NCBI GenBank assembly: GCA_963664015.2 | Contig: CAXXLF010000001.1 | Coordinates: forward strand, 288,001-352,000 | Direction of reading: 5' to 3' | Origin: Candidatus Binatia bacterium | GTDB lineage: Bacteria; Desulfobacterota; Binatia; UBA9968; CAXXLF01 | DNA: 64,000 bases | Shown: positions 32,838 to 42,126 of the stretch, in pieces | Layout: every line of letters starts with the position of its first letter | How positions within the stretch are numbered: position 1 is the first letter of the stretch | The notes under the pieces: generated by a model | What the model saw: only the letters and a program-made list of their open reading frames with translations | The model's database searches: none | Told to the model about the DNA's origin: nothing | Made by a program: the position numbers and the translations under genes

Positions 32838-32880
32838 GGGAGCGGATCATCACGCTATTTGGGCGGATCCGCTCTTACGG

Positions 32881-34044
32881 TCAAGTCTCAAGGGTGCCCG
32901 CCGCAAAAAACTCTTCCACGTTCATCTTCCTACTCGTAATACCCTGCTCGGCATTGTAGGCCAGGTAGGTATCGATCATCCTCTTGTTCGCCTTGATCCC
33001 ATACTTCCACGGGTCGCCCCACTGCTTGATCTGATCTTCCAAGCGCTCCTGCAGATAGACCACCGAGAACCCGGCCCGGTCGTTTAGGATATCCTCGTAG
33101 GCCAGGCGCTTTGCCTCCTCAAAGGCCGTAAAGAGCTTGCCGGCAAGCTCCGGGTTGGCACGGTCCAGCTTTTTACTCATGACGATCTGGTGCATGGTCG
33201 TGTAGATACCGGTCTCCCGGTAGAGCCGCATATCTTCGTCAAAGTAGTTCGGAAAAACGCGCTTGACCGACGGGTCTTGCTCCAAAGTCCGGAAGGCCTT
33301 ACCATCGGAGATGTCGGTGATGATAGCATCGACTCCGCCGTCAAGGAGGCGTTGGATCGGACTCTTTTTAGAATCCTCCGCCGGATCAACCCTGGGGTCA
33401 CTCTTCTGGAGAGGAAAAACCCTCCGTGGGCTGGATGTGATCCAACGGAGCTTTGAGATATCCACCCCATGCCGGTGCTGGAGAAAACCCTGGAGCCATA
33501 TGGTAATGCCCGTCGGATAGGAACTGCTGCCGATACGCTTGCCTTCAAGGTCCCGGGGGGAATCAATTCCGGCATCCGTGCGGCAAAAGAGATAGGTATA
33601 AACGGGCTTTCGCTTTGAAAAGACCGGTAACCCGACAATTTCCCAACCGGCTTCGATGGCCGGAAGCACATAACCCATGTTCAGGTCCCATAATCCAAAA
33701 TCTCCCTCCCGTAGTTCCGGTACATCATTGAAGACCATGGAGTTGGTGCGTACCGGCTTTAACTCCACACCATCAATCTTCACCCGCCCCTCGAGGAGGG
33801 GCATAGTGTGATCGTAGCGCATGATGGGAAACGAAAGATCCATCGGATTCCCCTTTAATGAAGCTGGAGGAGAATTATCACCCTTAAAAATTTCAGTCAA
33901 TGCGATACTCGTTAAGTGCGGGATAGTCGCCCCCTGCCGGCACCATCGAAAAATCGTCCCACGATGGACCCCCAACAAGAGGCCCAGCTTCTCATACGAT
34001 AACGCCTTAGCCCTCCGAATACTGTCCAGTTCTTTTCCGTCCAC
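32881..34044 (-). CDS. OphC-like binding-protein-fold protein with an in-frame N-terminal XRE/Cro-type HTH (second start at 33843)
   Basis: Residues 1-55: IRRAKALSYEKLGLLLGVHRGTIFRW. From M68: RYDHTMPLLEGRV, DLEGKRIG, TGIYTTMH, DPWKYGI. Both starts have an RBS. Confidence 0.75.
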   Translation of the reverse strand: MDGKELDSIRRAKALSYEKLGLLLGVHRGTIFRWCRQGATIPHLTSIALTEIFKGDNSPPASLKGNPMDLSFPIMRYDHTMPLLEGRVKIDGVELKPVRTNSMVFNDVPELREGDFGLWDLNMGYVLPAIEAGWEIVGLPVFSKRKPVYTYLFCRTDAGIDSPRDLEGKRIGSSSYPTGITIWLQGFLQHRHGVDISKLRWITSSPRRVFPLQKSDPRVDPAEDSKKSPIQRLLDGGVDAIITDISDGKAFRTLEQDPSVKRVFPNYFDEDMRLYRETGIYTTMHQIVMSKKLDRANPELAGKLFTAFEEAKRLAYEDILNDRAGFSVVYLQERLEDQIKQWGDPWKYGIKANKRMIDTYLAYNAEQGITSRKMNVEEFFAAGTLET

Positions 34045-34200
34045 AGTCCGCCCTCCTTATGCTGCAAGGTTGATCACATTAATCATGCATTCACTTATAA
34101 GCGAACTCCTCTGGTGTTGTCAGAGGGTACTGCGCGCGGAGAATGTTGTAAATTGAACTTCCCTGTTGAGTTTTGGAATATAAATCAGGAAAAAGATGAC

Positions 34201-34357
34201 TCGCCCTGTGGAATATAGGCCCGACCGAGGTCGGGTTGTTCTTCCGAAGCGCTATTCCACTTCGGCGAGCTTCGGGAAAATGTTTTTTCTCTCTGCGAAC
34301 TTGGTATCTTGGCGCGAACAACTTTCCGATCTCCGACCTCCGTTCTCTGACCTCTGG
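34201..34357. repeat. MITE-like palindrome, an empty CTTGG..CTTGGCGCGA unit and CTGACCT-type heptamers
   Basis: TCGCCCTGTGGAATA...TATTCCACTTCGGCGA (34201-34268) with internal hairpin CCCGACC-GA-GGTCGGG; TCTGCGAACTTGGTATCTTGGCGCGA (34292-34317); ccgatctccgacctccgttctctgacctctg. Confidence 0.65.
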
Positions 34358-34373
34358 GTTAGGAGATCAAGGC

Positions 34374-35603
34374 CTAACGAGGGCCCTCCTTGGTCAGATA
34401 GGGCCAATGATCTCGCCAGCTCTCTTCTACCGGGAAAACGGCCTGAATGCTGTCGATGTAGGTCATGTCGTTCTTGGCAGGGTCCGTGATGATATGGGGG
34501 GGCTCCTCGCCCTTCTGAAAGGCCCTCACCGTACGCAGGAGATAGTTACGGGTCGCGATTATCGCCTTATCACTCACCCCGAGATGCTCCTGAGTGCGAT
34601 CGTAGATACCTGTGTAAGACATGGTTTCCGTCGCGCAGGCATCTTGAGCCATGATCTCTTTGATACCAGTGAAATTTTTGGTCCGCATCATTTCCGCATC
34701 CTGGAGGTAGTCGTTGGCGAGATTGGGGATCTTCCGATAGTCGGGACCGATGGAGGAACGACGGTGCACGTCCTCTGGTTCTACGGGCCGGGTGAGGTAC
34801 CCCAGATCGTATCGCCAGGTGCACGTGTCGTTGATCGGTACATACATGTGGATCTCCCGGTTGAAGACAGGGACCCAGACCTCCACGGGCATGACGAAGC
34901 TGGAGACCCGCACGTAATGCTGTGACGGGTCTGGCTGTTTCCTGGTCGCGATCATGCGCAGACCGAAATCCGTCTCATCGGTCTCGTATTCGGCTGCCAG
35001 TTCCTGCAGGACGGGCATCCCCTTACCAAACTTTTGGCCGCCATGATGCATGATGGCGACGTGAACCGAGTCACACTCACCCTCTAAACCCTGAAGCCAA
35101 TTGCACTCCAGTAGGACCTTGGTCACGTAAACGTTTTCTTTGGGAGCCTGGGTAAACCTATAATTGGGGAATAGGGGAATCTTCGACGGGGGACCCAGAT
35201 AGGCCCAAATAATGCCTGCCGTCTCATGTGTCGGGTAGGACGGATGTTTGATCTTTTCCTTAACGACGCTACGGGCCGGCTCTCCCGGCGTGTCGACCAC
35301 ATTCCCACCCACGTCGTACTTCCAGCCATGATAAATACAGGCCAGGCCACCCTCTTCATTTCGACCATAAAACAGTGACGTGCCACGATGTGAGCAGTGT
35401 TCGCCAAGCAACCCCACACGGCCCTGGCTATCCCGGAATGCGATTAATTCTTCACCCAAGATTCGTACCCGTACGGGGCGACCATCCGGTTCGGGAACCT
35501 CCTCCGAGAGCAAAGCGGGCAGCCAGTAGCGCCGCATCAGTTGACCCAGCACGGCACCGTTGTCGGTCCTTGTTAAAAGATCGTTCTCTTCTTTGCCAAG
35601 CAT
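34374..35603 (-). CDS. Rieske oxygenase alpha subunit, copy E (closest to copy D)
   Basis: CSH...CIYH; EGECDSVHVAIMH; QDACATE. Confidence 0.92.
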   Translation of the reverse strand: MLGKEENDLLTRTDNGAVLGQLMRRYWLPALLSEEVPEPDGRPVRVRILGEELIAFRDSQGRVGLLGEHCSHRGTSLFYGRNEEGGLACIYHGWKYDVGGNVVDTPGEPARSVVKEKIKHPSYPTHETAGIIWAYLGPPSKIPLFPNYRFTQAPKENVYVTKVLLECNWLQGLEGECDSVHVAIMHHGGQKFGKGMPVLQELAAEYETDETDFGLRMIATRKQPDPSQHYVRVSSFVMPVEVWVPVFNREIHMYVPINDTCTWRYDLGYLTRPVEPEDVHRRSSIGPDYRKIPNLANDYLQDAEMMRTKNFTGIKEIMAQDACATETMSYTGIYDRTQEHLGVSDKAIIATRNYLLRTVRAFQKGEEPPHIITDPAKNDMTYIDSIQAVFPVEESWRDHWPYLTKEGPR

Positions 35604-35702
35604 TTACGTCCTCCTACCCGCTTACATCTCTACCGGTTCTTGAAAAACGCTCAACAGCAGGAACACTCTCATTAAAACGTAACTTGTCCAACTGCGTCCG
35701 CT

Positions 35703-36728
35703 TTAGGTTTCCCAGGTGCTGGGATGAAATAAATCCTCTACGCGAGACTGCCCCTGAGTCAATCCCTGCTTCTCTGAACTCCGAAAAAACGTTTCCAGCA
35801 TTCTACGATTGGCCTTCAGCCCCAGTGGATAGGGATCCTCCCCGAAGACCTCGGTTTGCCTCTGGAGATCATCGTCTAGGAAGAGCATATAACCAGCACC
35901 CTGTTGCCTCGCCCTCTCAAACGCAACCTCTTTGCTTTTTTGAAACGCCTTAAATAACTCCTGGGCAACCCAGGGATCTTTTTCCAATACCTTGTTTTTA
36001 ACGATAACCATATGGTTCACAGGGACAACACCCGTCTTGCGGTAATAATCCGTGATGACCTGACGGCCGAAATCCTTAAAAAGCTTGCGGATTCTCGGGT
36101 TGTCCTCGATGGCCGTACCCCCATGACGATCAATCGATTTCGCAACCCCAGGGTTGTGGCGTGCGATGATTCCGTAGGCAGCATCGATCTCTCCCTTATC
36201 CAACATAACATCCAGAGATTTGTCCTCGGTAAGCCAGTTGATGACAATACCATCGGGCGGGGATTCGGTCAGGCCCAACTCACCGCCGTGACTGCGATCA
36301 GCCGTTCGCCCGTTGAACCAAGTGATATCCTTGGCAGTGATTCCGTACAGCTCATCCAAGACGGCTCTCATCCAGACCGCAGCGGTCATGGAATAATCGG
36401 GAATACCAATCTTCTTTCCCGCAAAATCTCTGAGCTCCTGGATCTTTGCCCCCGTATTCGTGTACAACGTCAGCCAAACAAAGGCCTTTGAAAGAAAGAC
36501 AGGGAGACCGCTCCACTGCCACCGGGTTCCGTCTCCTCTCTCCTTGGTCATGGAAAACCCGGAGATCGACATCTCAGACACATCGAAGGCTTCGTCTTTG
36601 AAGTTCAGGTAAAAGAGATCTCCCGGGTTAATTAAGGAGAACTCCAACTCGATACCCTCGGGCTTGACGGTTCCATCGAGCAGAGGTTCGATACGAGGGT
36701 TCCTGGAAAAACCAATGGTGAGTTTCAT
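35703..36728 (-). CDS. OphC-like binding-protein-fold protein
   Basis: PLLDGTVKPEGIEL, FDVSEMS, GLPVFLSK, TGVVPVNH, DPYPLGLKANR. Confidence 0.82.
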   Translation of the reverse strand: MKLTIGFSRNPRIEPLLDGTVKPEGIELEFSLINPGDLFYLNFKDEAFDVSEMSISGFSMTKERGDGTRWQWSGLPVFLSKAFVWLTLYTNTGAKIQELRDFAGKKIGIPDYSMTAAVWMRAVLDELYGITAKDITWFNGRTADRSHGGELGLTESPPDGIVINWLTEDKSLDVMLDKGEIDAAYGIIARHNPGVAKSIDRHGGTAIEDNPRIRKLFKDFGRQVITDYYRKTGVVPVNHMVIVKNKVLEKDPWVAQELFKAFQKSKEVAFERARQQGAGYMLFLDDDLQRQTEVFGEDPYPLGLKANRRMLETFFRSSEKQGLTQGQSRVEDLFHPSTWET

Positions 36729-36867
36729 AGTGTCTCCCTATTAATAGAATTCGTAGGGGTGCGCTGACCTAGAATTTGTTTGGTCGGTGCATTCTTGCGC
36801 AGGACAATATCCAAATAATCGGCACTTATGTCAACCTAGGGCACGCGATGAAGCAAAACAATCATAA

Positions 36868-37026
36868 ACGAGGTATGTGATCACGTTCACCGATGTATAC
36901 TCCCGGTTCTCATTTGCCTGGGCGACTCACAGTCATGGTTCTGAGGCAGCCCGGGAAGTCTACAAAGTGGTCAGTGAGGTCTTCCCCTTTCCGCTTGAGT
37001 ATGTGCTCACCGATAATGGCTCTGAC
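36868..37026 (+). mobile_element. DDE transposase (integrase core, IS481-like) fragment, not in the ORF track
   Basis: Manual translation: TRYVITFTDVYSRFSFAWATHSHGSEAAREVYKVVSEVFPFPLEYVLTDNGSD (DxxSR and TDNG rve motifs). Confidence 0.8.
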
Positions 37027-37053
37027 CCTCTACCGAATAGATAGCTAGCCCGA

Positions 37054-37494
37054 ATGGCGGGAACCGGCCATCAATTCGCCGCACGGGTAGGCATCGACGC
37101 GGTGGCGTTTCGCATCGGCAGCATCTACGGCCCTTACTACTACAGCATGTTCAACCCCATGAGCCGGATGTGCAAGGCCGCGCTAAAGGGCGATGACCCC
37201 GACTTCTCTGATCGCCCCGGTGGCTCCATAAGAGAGGACGATGATGGTGATTGGACGTACGTCGTGGACCTAGCACGCGGCATCCAGTTATTGCACACCT
37301 CAGAGAAGCTTCCCAACAACATTTACAATATCGACTCGAGCAAGGCGACTTCGACAAAGCGTATATTCGAAGCGGTACGGATGGCGATTCCAGGAGCGAG
37401 TTGCTCCGCGCTCAAGGCTGGACGAAGCGGGACCCTACCCGCCAATCCTGTGATGGACCTAAGCCGGATCAGGAAGGACGTAGGATACGAGCCC
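37054..37494 (+). pseudogene. C-terminal fragment of an NAD-dependent epimerase/dehydratase (extended SDR)
   Basis: FRIGSIYGP, DWTYVVDLARGI, IYNI, MDLSRIRKDVGYEP; the Rossmann N-terminus is absent. Confidence 0.8.
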
Positions 37495-37878
37495 GCTGCG
37501 CTCCGCGATCCTGTGGGCCCTGGCCTTGACCTTGTGTTTGAAGTCCATATCCGGGAGCAGGTTGGCCTGATCAACGCAGTTCCCCTCTACATCAAACTTC
37601 CAACCGTGATAGACACATCTGATCCCGTTCTCCTCGTTCCTCCCAAAAAAGAAGGAGGCCCCTCTGTGCGGACAACGGTGGTCCATAATACCGGTCCGAC
37701 CCGAGGAATCGCGAAATGCGACAAGCTTTTCACCCAAGAGCACCAAGCGCATGGGACCACCATCAACTTTCAGCTTCGAGGACATGGCCGCTGGAATCCA
37801 GTATTGGCGCATTAACTCGCCCATGGGTGTTCCGGGGCCGGCCTGAGTGAGGATCTCGTTATCGCGTATGTTAGTCAT
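37486..37878 (-). pseudogene. Truncated Rieske oxygenase (Rieske domain only)
   Basis: GPGTPMGELMRQYW, CPH...CVYHGW; homology ends at ERSGLV and the catalytic domain is missing. Confidence 0.88.
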
Positions 37879-38609
37879 GGCCGTTCCTCCTCTGGCAAAT
37901 CTCCTTGTTGCCGAACACTTCTTCCATAGGAGCGAGGACGTGTCAAAGTCATGAGAAATTTGTCAAACTCCTTATCGTTCCTAAATTTTTTCAAGTCGTA
38001 TTTCTCGTAGTGAAGCATTCCCTCCATTTCTCTTCGGGGCGGGGCCGCCACGGGCGTAGATGGATAACCGATGGGGATTAGGTGATAGACCCTCAAGGGG
38101 TCAGGGATGCCCAAAAGCACCTTGAGCATGGTCGCCATATACGGGAAGCTCGCATCGCTGACGTACTGAGAACCCAGACCCAAACTGACAGCAGCCAGGT
38201 GAAGGAGAAGGGATGCATTCGCCAGTCCGGTATAAAAATGGGAATCGGCTTTGTCCTCCCTGTTTCTGACGGGACAAGACTCCTTTACCCTGGGATCACC
38301 GAGAACGATAAGGTGAACCGGTGCACTACGAAAACCGGCGCCGGTCATCTTGATCTACCCTCAAACAGCCATCTCCATTTCCTTTTTCTGCTCGAGCTGT
38401 TTTAAAGAGAGATCTGCGATCTTATTTCTGGTCTCTTCGTCCCGAATCACGATAAACTCCCAGGGTAGCTCGTTGGCCCCCGACGGGGCCCAACGAGCTA
38501 CTTCCAATATCCTTTGAACATACTCTTCGGGTACATCCTTATCCTTCCGGTAACCCCGGATACTTCTTCGCTTCATCGCTAACTCATACAAGTCTTCAAC
38601 GCTCATCAT
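37875..38609 (-). pseudogene. Nitroreductase family pseudogene
   Basis: KRRSIRGY, ARWAPSGANELPWEFIV; two in-frame stops in AV*G*IKMTG (TGA 38361-38363, TAG 38355-38357); then LHLAAVSLGLGS and IPIGYP. Confidence 0.88.
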
Positions 38610-38679
38610 CACCATCTCCTTAATAAGGACCTACGTACTAGCCTATCAAATCCTCAACAGAAAGACTCAATAATGTGTA

Positions 38680-39008
38680 TCGCGCCAAGACTTCGTCGTG
38701 AGCTCAGTCGAACGACGCCAAGGGCGCTCAGTACTTTGAGTTCATAGAATTTTTAGCGTTTATTGAGTTAGTGAGTTCGTTGCATTTGTTGAGCGTATTA
38801 GTCTGATCGCTACTATCTGGTTTGCGCTACTTGCTATTTGCTATTCACCATTTCTTCGGCGAAATCCGCCGAAGCACCCTCCTTCGCTCGTTGAGCTTCG
38901 GAGGGTCGGACCGTCGCATTCGATCATGGGCTTACGCCCATGGTCTTCTGCGAAGGCGGATAACTATCGATCTCTTCCTGACCTCTGATATCTGACTTCC
39001 GACCTCTG
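38680..39008. repeat. Composite intergenic repeat: filled CTTGGCGTC unit, 9-mer array, 7-mer array, palindromic MITE-like element, CTGACCT heptamers
   Basis: TCGCGCCAAGAC-TTCGTCGTGAGCTCAGTCGAAC-GACGCCAAG; tgagttcat/agcgtttat/tgagttagt...; ctacttg/ctatttg/ctattca; ATCCGCC...GGCGGAT enclosing CCCTCC..GGAGGG and CATGGGC..GCCCATG hairpins; ctgacct/ctgatat/ctgactt/ccgacct. Confidence 0.8.
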
Positions 39009-39020
39009 GCTTTCCAGACA

Positions 39021-39992
39021 TTAGAGGGTAAGGCTCTCAGGAAAGAAGATATTTTCCAAAACCGGTTTTTTGTCGAGGAGCTGTTGCTGCAACTGGTATT
39101 CGATTAGTGTTTCCATGGATTTTCTCGCGCAATCGTCCAGCCGGTAGGAAAAGGGATCCTCGCCAATCACTTCCCGATACCATTGGGCCTCCCTTTTCTG
39201 CCCGTCCTTCATATATTTCTCCTCCAGGGCCCTGGCCTGTCGAAAGGCCTTCAAGAGGCTGCCCACAACCCAGGGGTTCTCATCCACCACCTCTTCCCGT
39301 AAGGCTACACTGTGAATAATCGGGATCACTTGGGCCTTGCGAAAGTAAGCGGCCTCTTCCTGGAGGTGATCCGGGAACAGGCGCCGCAGCCTGAGATACT
39401 CGGCCAGGCTAGGATAGGGTTCCAACGCCGCGTCAATCTTTTCTTCCTCCACCAGTTCGATGGCATGTTCCCGGGTCCTCGGTGGGGCAATGAACTGGAC
39501 ACGGACCCCCTCGGGTTTGGGACGGCGTCCCTCCTCGCCCACGTCCGGTTCCGCCACATACCAGTCCATCTCACTGGGATGCACACCGTACTCGTTTTGG
39601 ATCAACCCACGCACCCACACGGAGGTAGTCGCGTTGTAGCGATGTACGGTAACCTTTTTCCCCCCAAGATCACTGGGACTCTCCATGGTCGACGTAGCAG
39701 GGCAAAGAATACACCTATGGCGGAATCCACGGCTAAGAAACACGGGTAATATCTTCATTGGTATCGAGCGGTTCCGCGCTAAAATAAAAGAAGACGTAGA
39801 GCATTCCCCGCCCGGAATCTTGCCTTCAAGGATCCAACGGTGGCGCGCGCCGGTATTATCGTATCCCTCGGAAAACTGACTTCGACACGTCAAGTTGATC
39901 CCCTCCGGTTGGACGGTACCGTCGAACAAGGCCATGGTACGCGGGTTTGCCGACAGGCCCAGTGTAAGACTCAAGGGCTTTGCCATTAACAT
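39021..39992 (-). CDS. OphC-like binding-protein-fold protein
   Basis: ALFDGTVQPEGINL, LPVFLSRGFRH, DLGGKKV, VIPIIH, EDPFSY. Confidence 0.82.
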   Translation of the reverse strand: MLMAKPLSLTLGLSANPRTMALFDGTVQPEGINLTCRSQFSEGYDNTGARHRWILEGKIPGGECSTSSFILARNRSIPMKILPVFLSRGFRHRCILCPATSTMESPSDLGGKKVTVHRYNATTSVWVRGLIQNEYGVHPSEMDWYVAEPDVGEEGRRPKPEGVRVQFIAPPRTREHAIELVEEEKIDAALEPYPSLAEYLRLRRLFPDHLQEEAAYFRKAQVIPIIHSVALREEVVDENPWVVGSLLKAFRQARALEEKYMKDGQKREAQWYREVIGEDPFSYRLDDCARKSMETLIEYQLQQQLLDKKPVLENIFFPESLTL

Positions 39993-40179
39993 CCCTCCCT
40001 CGTCATTAAGCTTCCTCCCGGACGGCTGATTCGTCAGAACCCGTGGCTCAAGCCGATAGGAACGTTGTTCGACAGTCTAGGAAAGTGCCCCTGACAAATC
40101 AATATCCCACGGCCCCATATCTGTATGTTCAAGTGTCCCTTAAATGTTTGCACTCTGCCGGGTTCTGGATTAATCTTGA

Positions 40180-41043
<864 letters not shown>

Positions 41044-41055
41044 TCGTTCGAACCC

Positions 41056-41523
41056 ATGCTCATTTCCTGGCTCCACCTCTTAGCTTTGGCAGTCTTCCTT
41101 GGAGCCGTCTTGGGATTGTGGATTCTTGTCTTGTCTCCCCTATCGACGATCTCATCCTATAACGACAGGCTGGTATTCTTGATTAAAAGCCTGAAGGTCT
41201 ACAACCCATTACAAATCGGTGCCCTGGGGGTATTGCTTATGACGGGGGCGTTCCAAATCACCGAACTGAAGCAGAGCTACGGTGCAGGGTTCGCCAATGC
41301 CTTAGGCGCAGTTCTCGAACTCAAATTAGCCTTGGCCTTTGTTGTTATCATCACGAGCACATACCAATCCATGGGACTGGCCCATCGTTTCGTACGACAG
41401 ACCGAACAGCCGGACCCCATTTCTGAACAAAACTTCAACTCGACGATTCGACGGCTTAGAGTTTCTTCAATTATAATTATCGTTCTCACCCTTGTGACTG
41501 TTTTGGTTGGTATTAGAATCTGA
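41056..41523 (+). CDS. CopD/DUF4149-like four-TM membrane protein
   Basis: WLHLLALAVFLG, LLMTG and LELKLAL pattern; four hydrophobic helices. Confidence 0.65.
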   Translation: MLISWLHLLALAVFLGAVLGLWILVLSPLSTISSYNDRLVFLIKSLKVYNPLQIGALGVLLMTGAFQITELKQSYGAGFANALGAVLELKLALAFVVIITSTYQSMGLAHRFVRQTEQPDPISEQNFNSTIRRLRVSSIIIIVLTLVTVLVGIRI

Positions 41524-41584
41524 GAATGTACGATTCCCATCGTTAACCTATGGAAAAATAAATATATTTGGCTGCTCCTGTATG

Positions 41585-41613
41585 TTGACAATACCAAGTC
41601 TATTTTTTATAAG
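41585..41613 (+). promoter_or_regulatory. Sigma70-type promoter
   Basis: TTGACA-17 bp-TATAAG upstream of the 41694 ORF. Confidence 0.6.
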
Positions 41614-41693
41614 GATGCTTCCGGCCGGCAATTAGATTGCTCGGGCTGGCGGTGGAGCTCGTAACACGACGTAAAGAAAAAACAATTCAAGCG

Positions 41694-42050
41694 ATGCCCA
41701 GGACAAAAAAAGCCCATAAGACAGTTCTGACAAGACGAAAAAGCCGTACCACGGATAGCTTCTATCTGGATGATGCCAATGAACAGGATCTTCCGATTGA
41801 CAAGGCTGGACGGCTAAAGATAAAAAGGCATTACGAAGAGTTGCTGGGAATCCGGCTCGAAAAGCTCAAAGGCCGCGTTCTCAATCGAGAAAAGATCAAC
41901 AAGAGCATCGAGGGCATTTACTTCGTCTGCGGCGAATGCAAAAAAGTGTGCCACAACCTCGATGAGGGCTTAATCCAGGATCTAGAGAAACAGCAAAATC
42001 TCTGCAGTGCGTGCGCCAAGGGAAAGGGGATTCGAGGCACCCCGGTATAG
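41694..42050 (+). CDS. Small basic hypothetical protein with a CxxC...CxxC zinc finger
   Basis: K/R-rich N-terminus; CGECKKVC and CSAC; preceded by a consensus-like promoter. Confidence 0.65.
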   Translation: MPRTKKAHKTVLTRRKSRTTDSFYLDDANEQDLPIDKAGRLKIKRHYEELLGIRLEKLKGRVLNREKINKSIEGIYFVCGECKKVCHNLDEGLIQDLEKQQNLCSACAKGKGIRGTPV

Positions 42051-42126
42051 CTGCCTGCTGAAAAACCCCCATCTGCGTTTAAAAAGTTCTTGCAGCAACC
42101 CGGCGATTTTCGCTATCTTAAATCTC

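Noticed and set aside
37054-37815. 253 aa ORF as an intact gene
   Set aside because: It is a chimera of an epimerase C-terminus and the antisense strand of a Rieske fragment.
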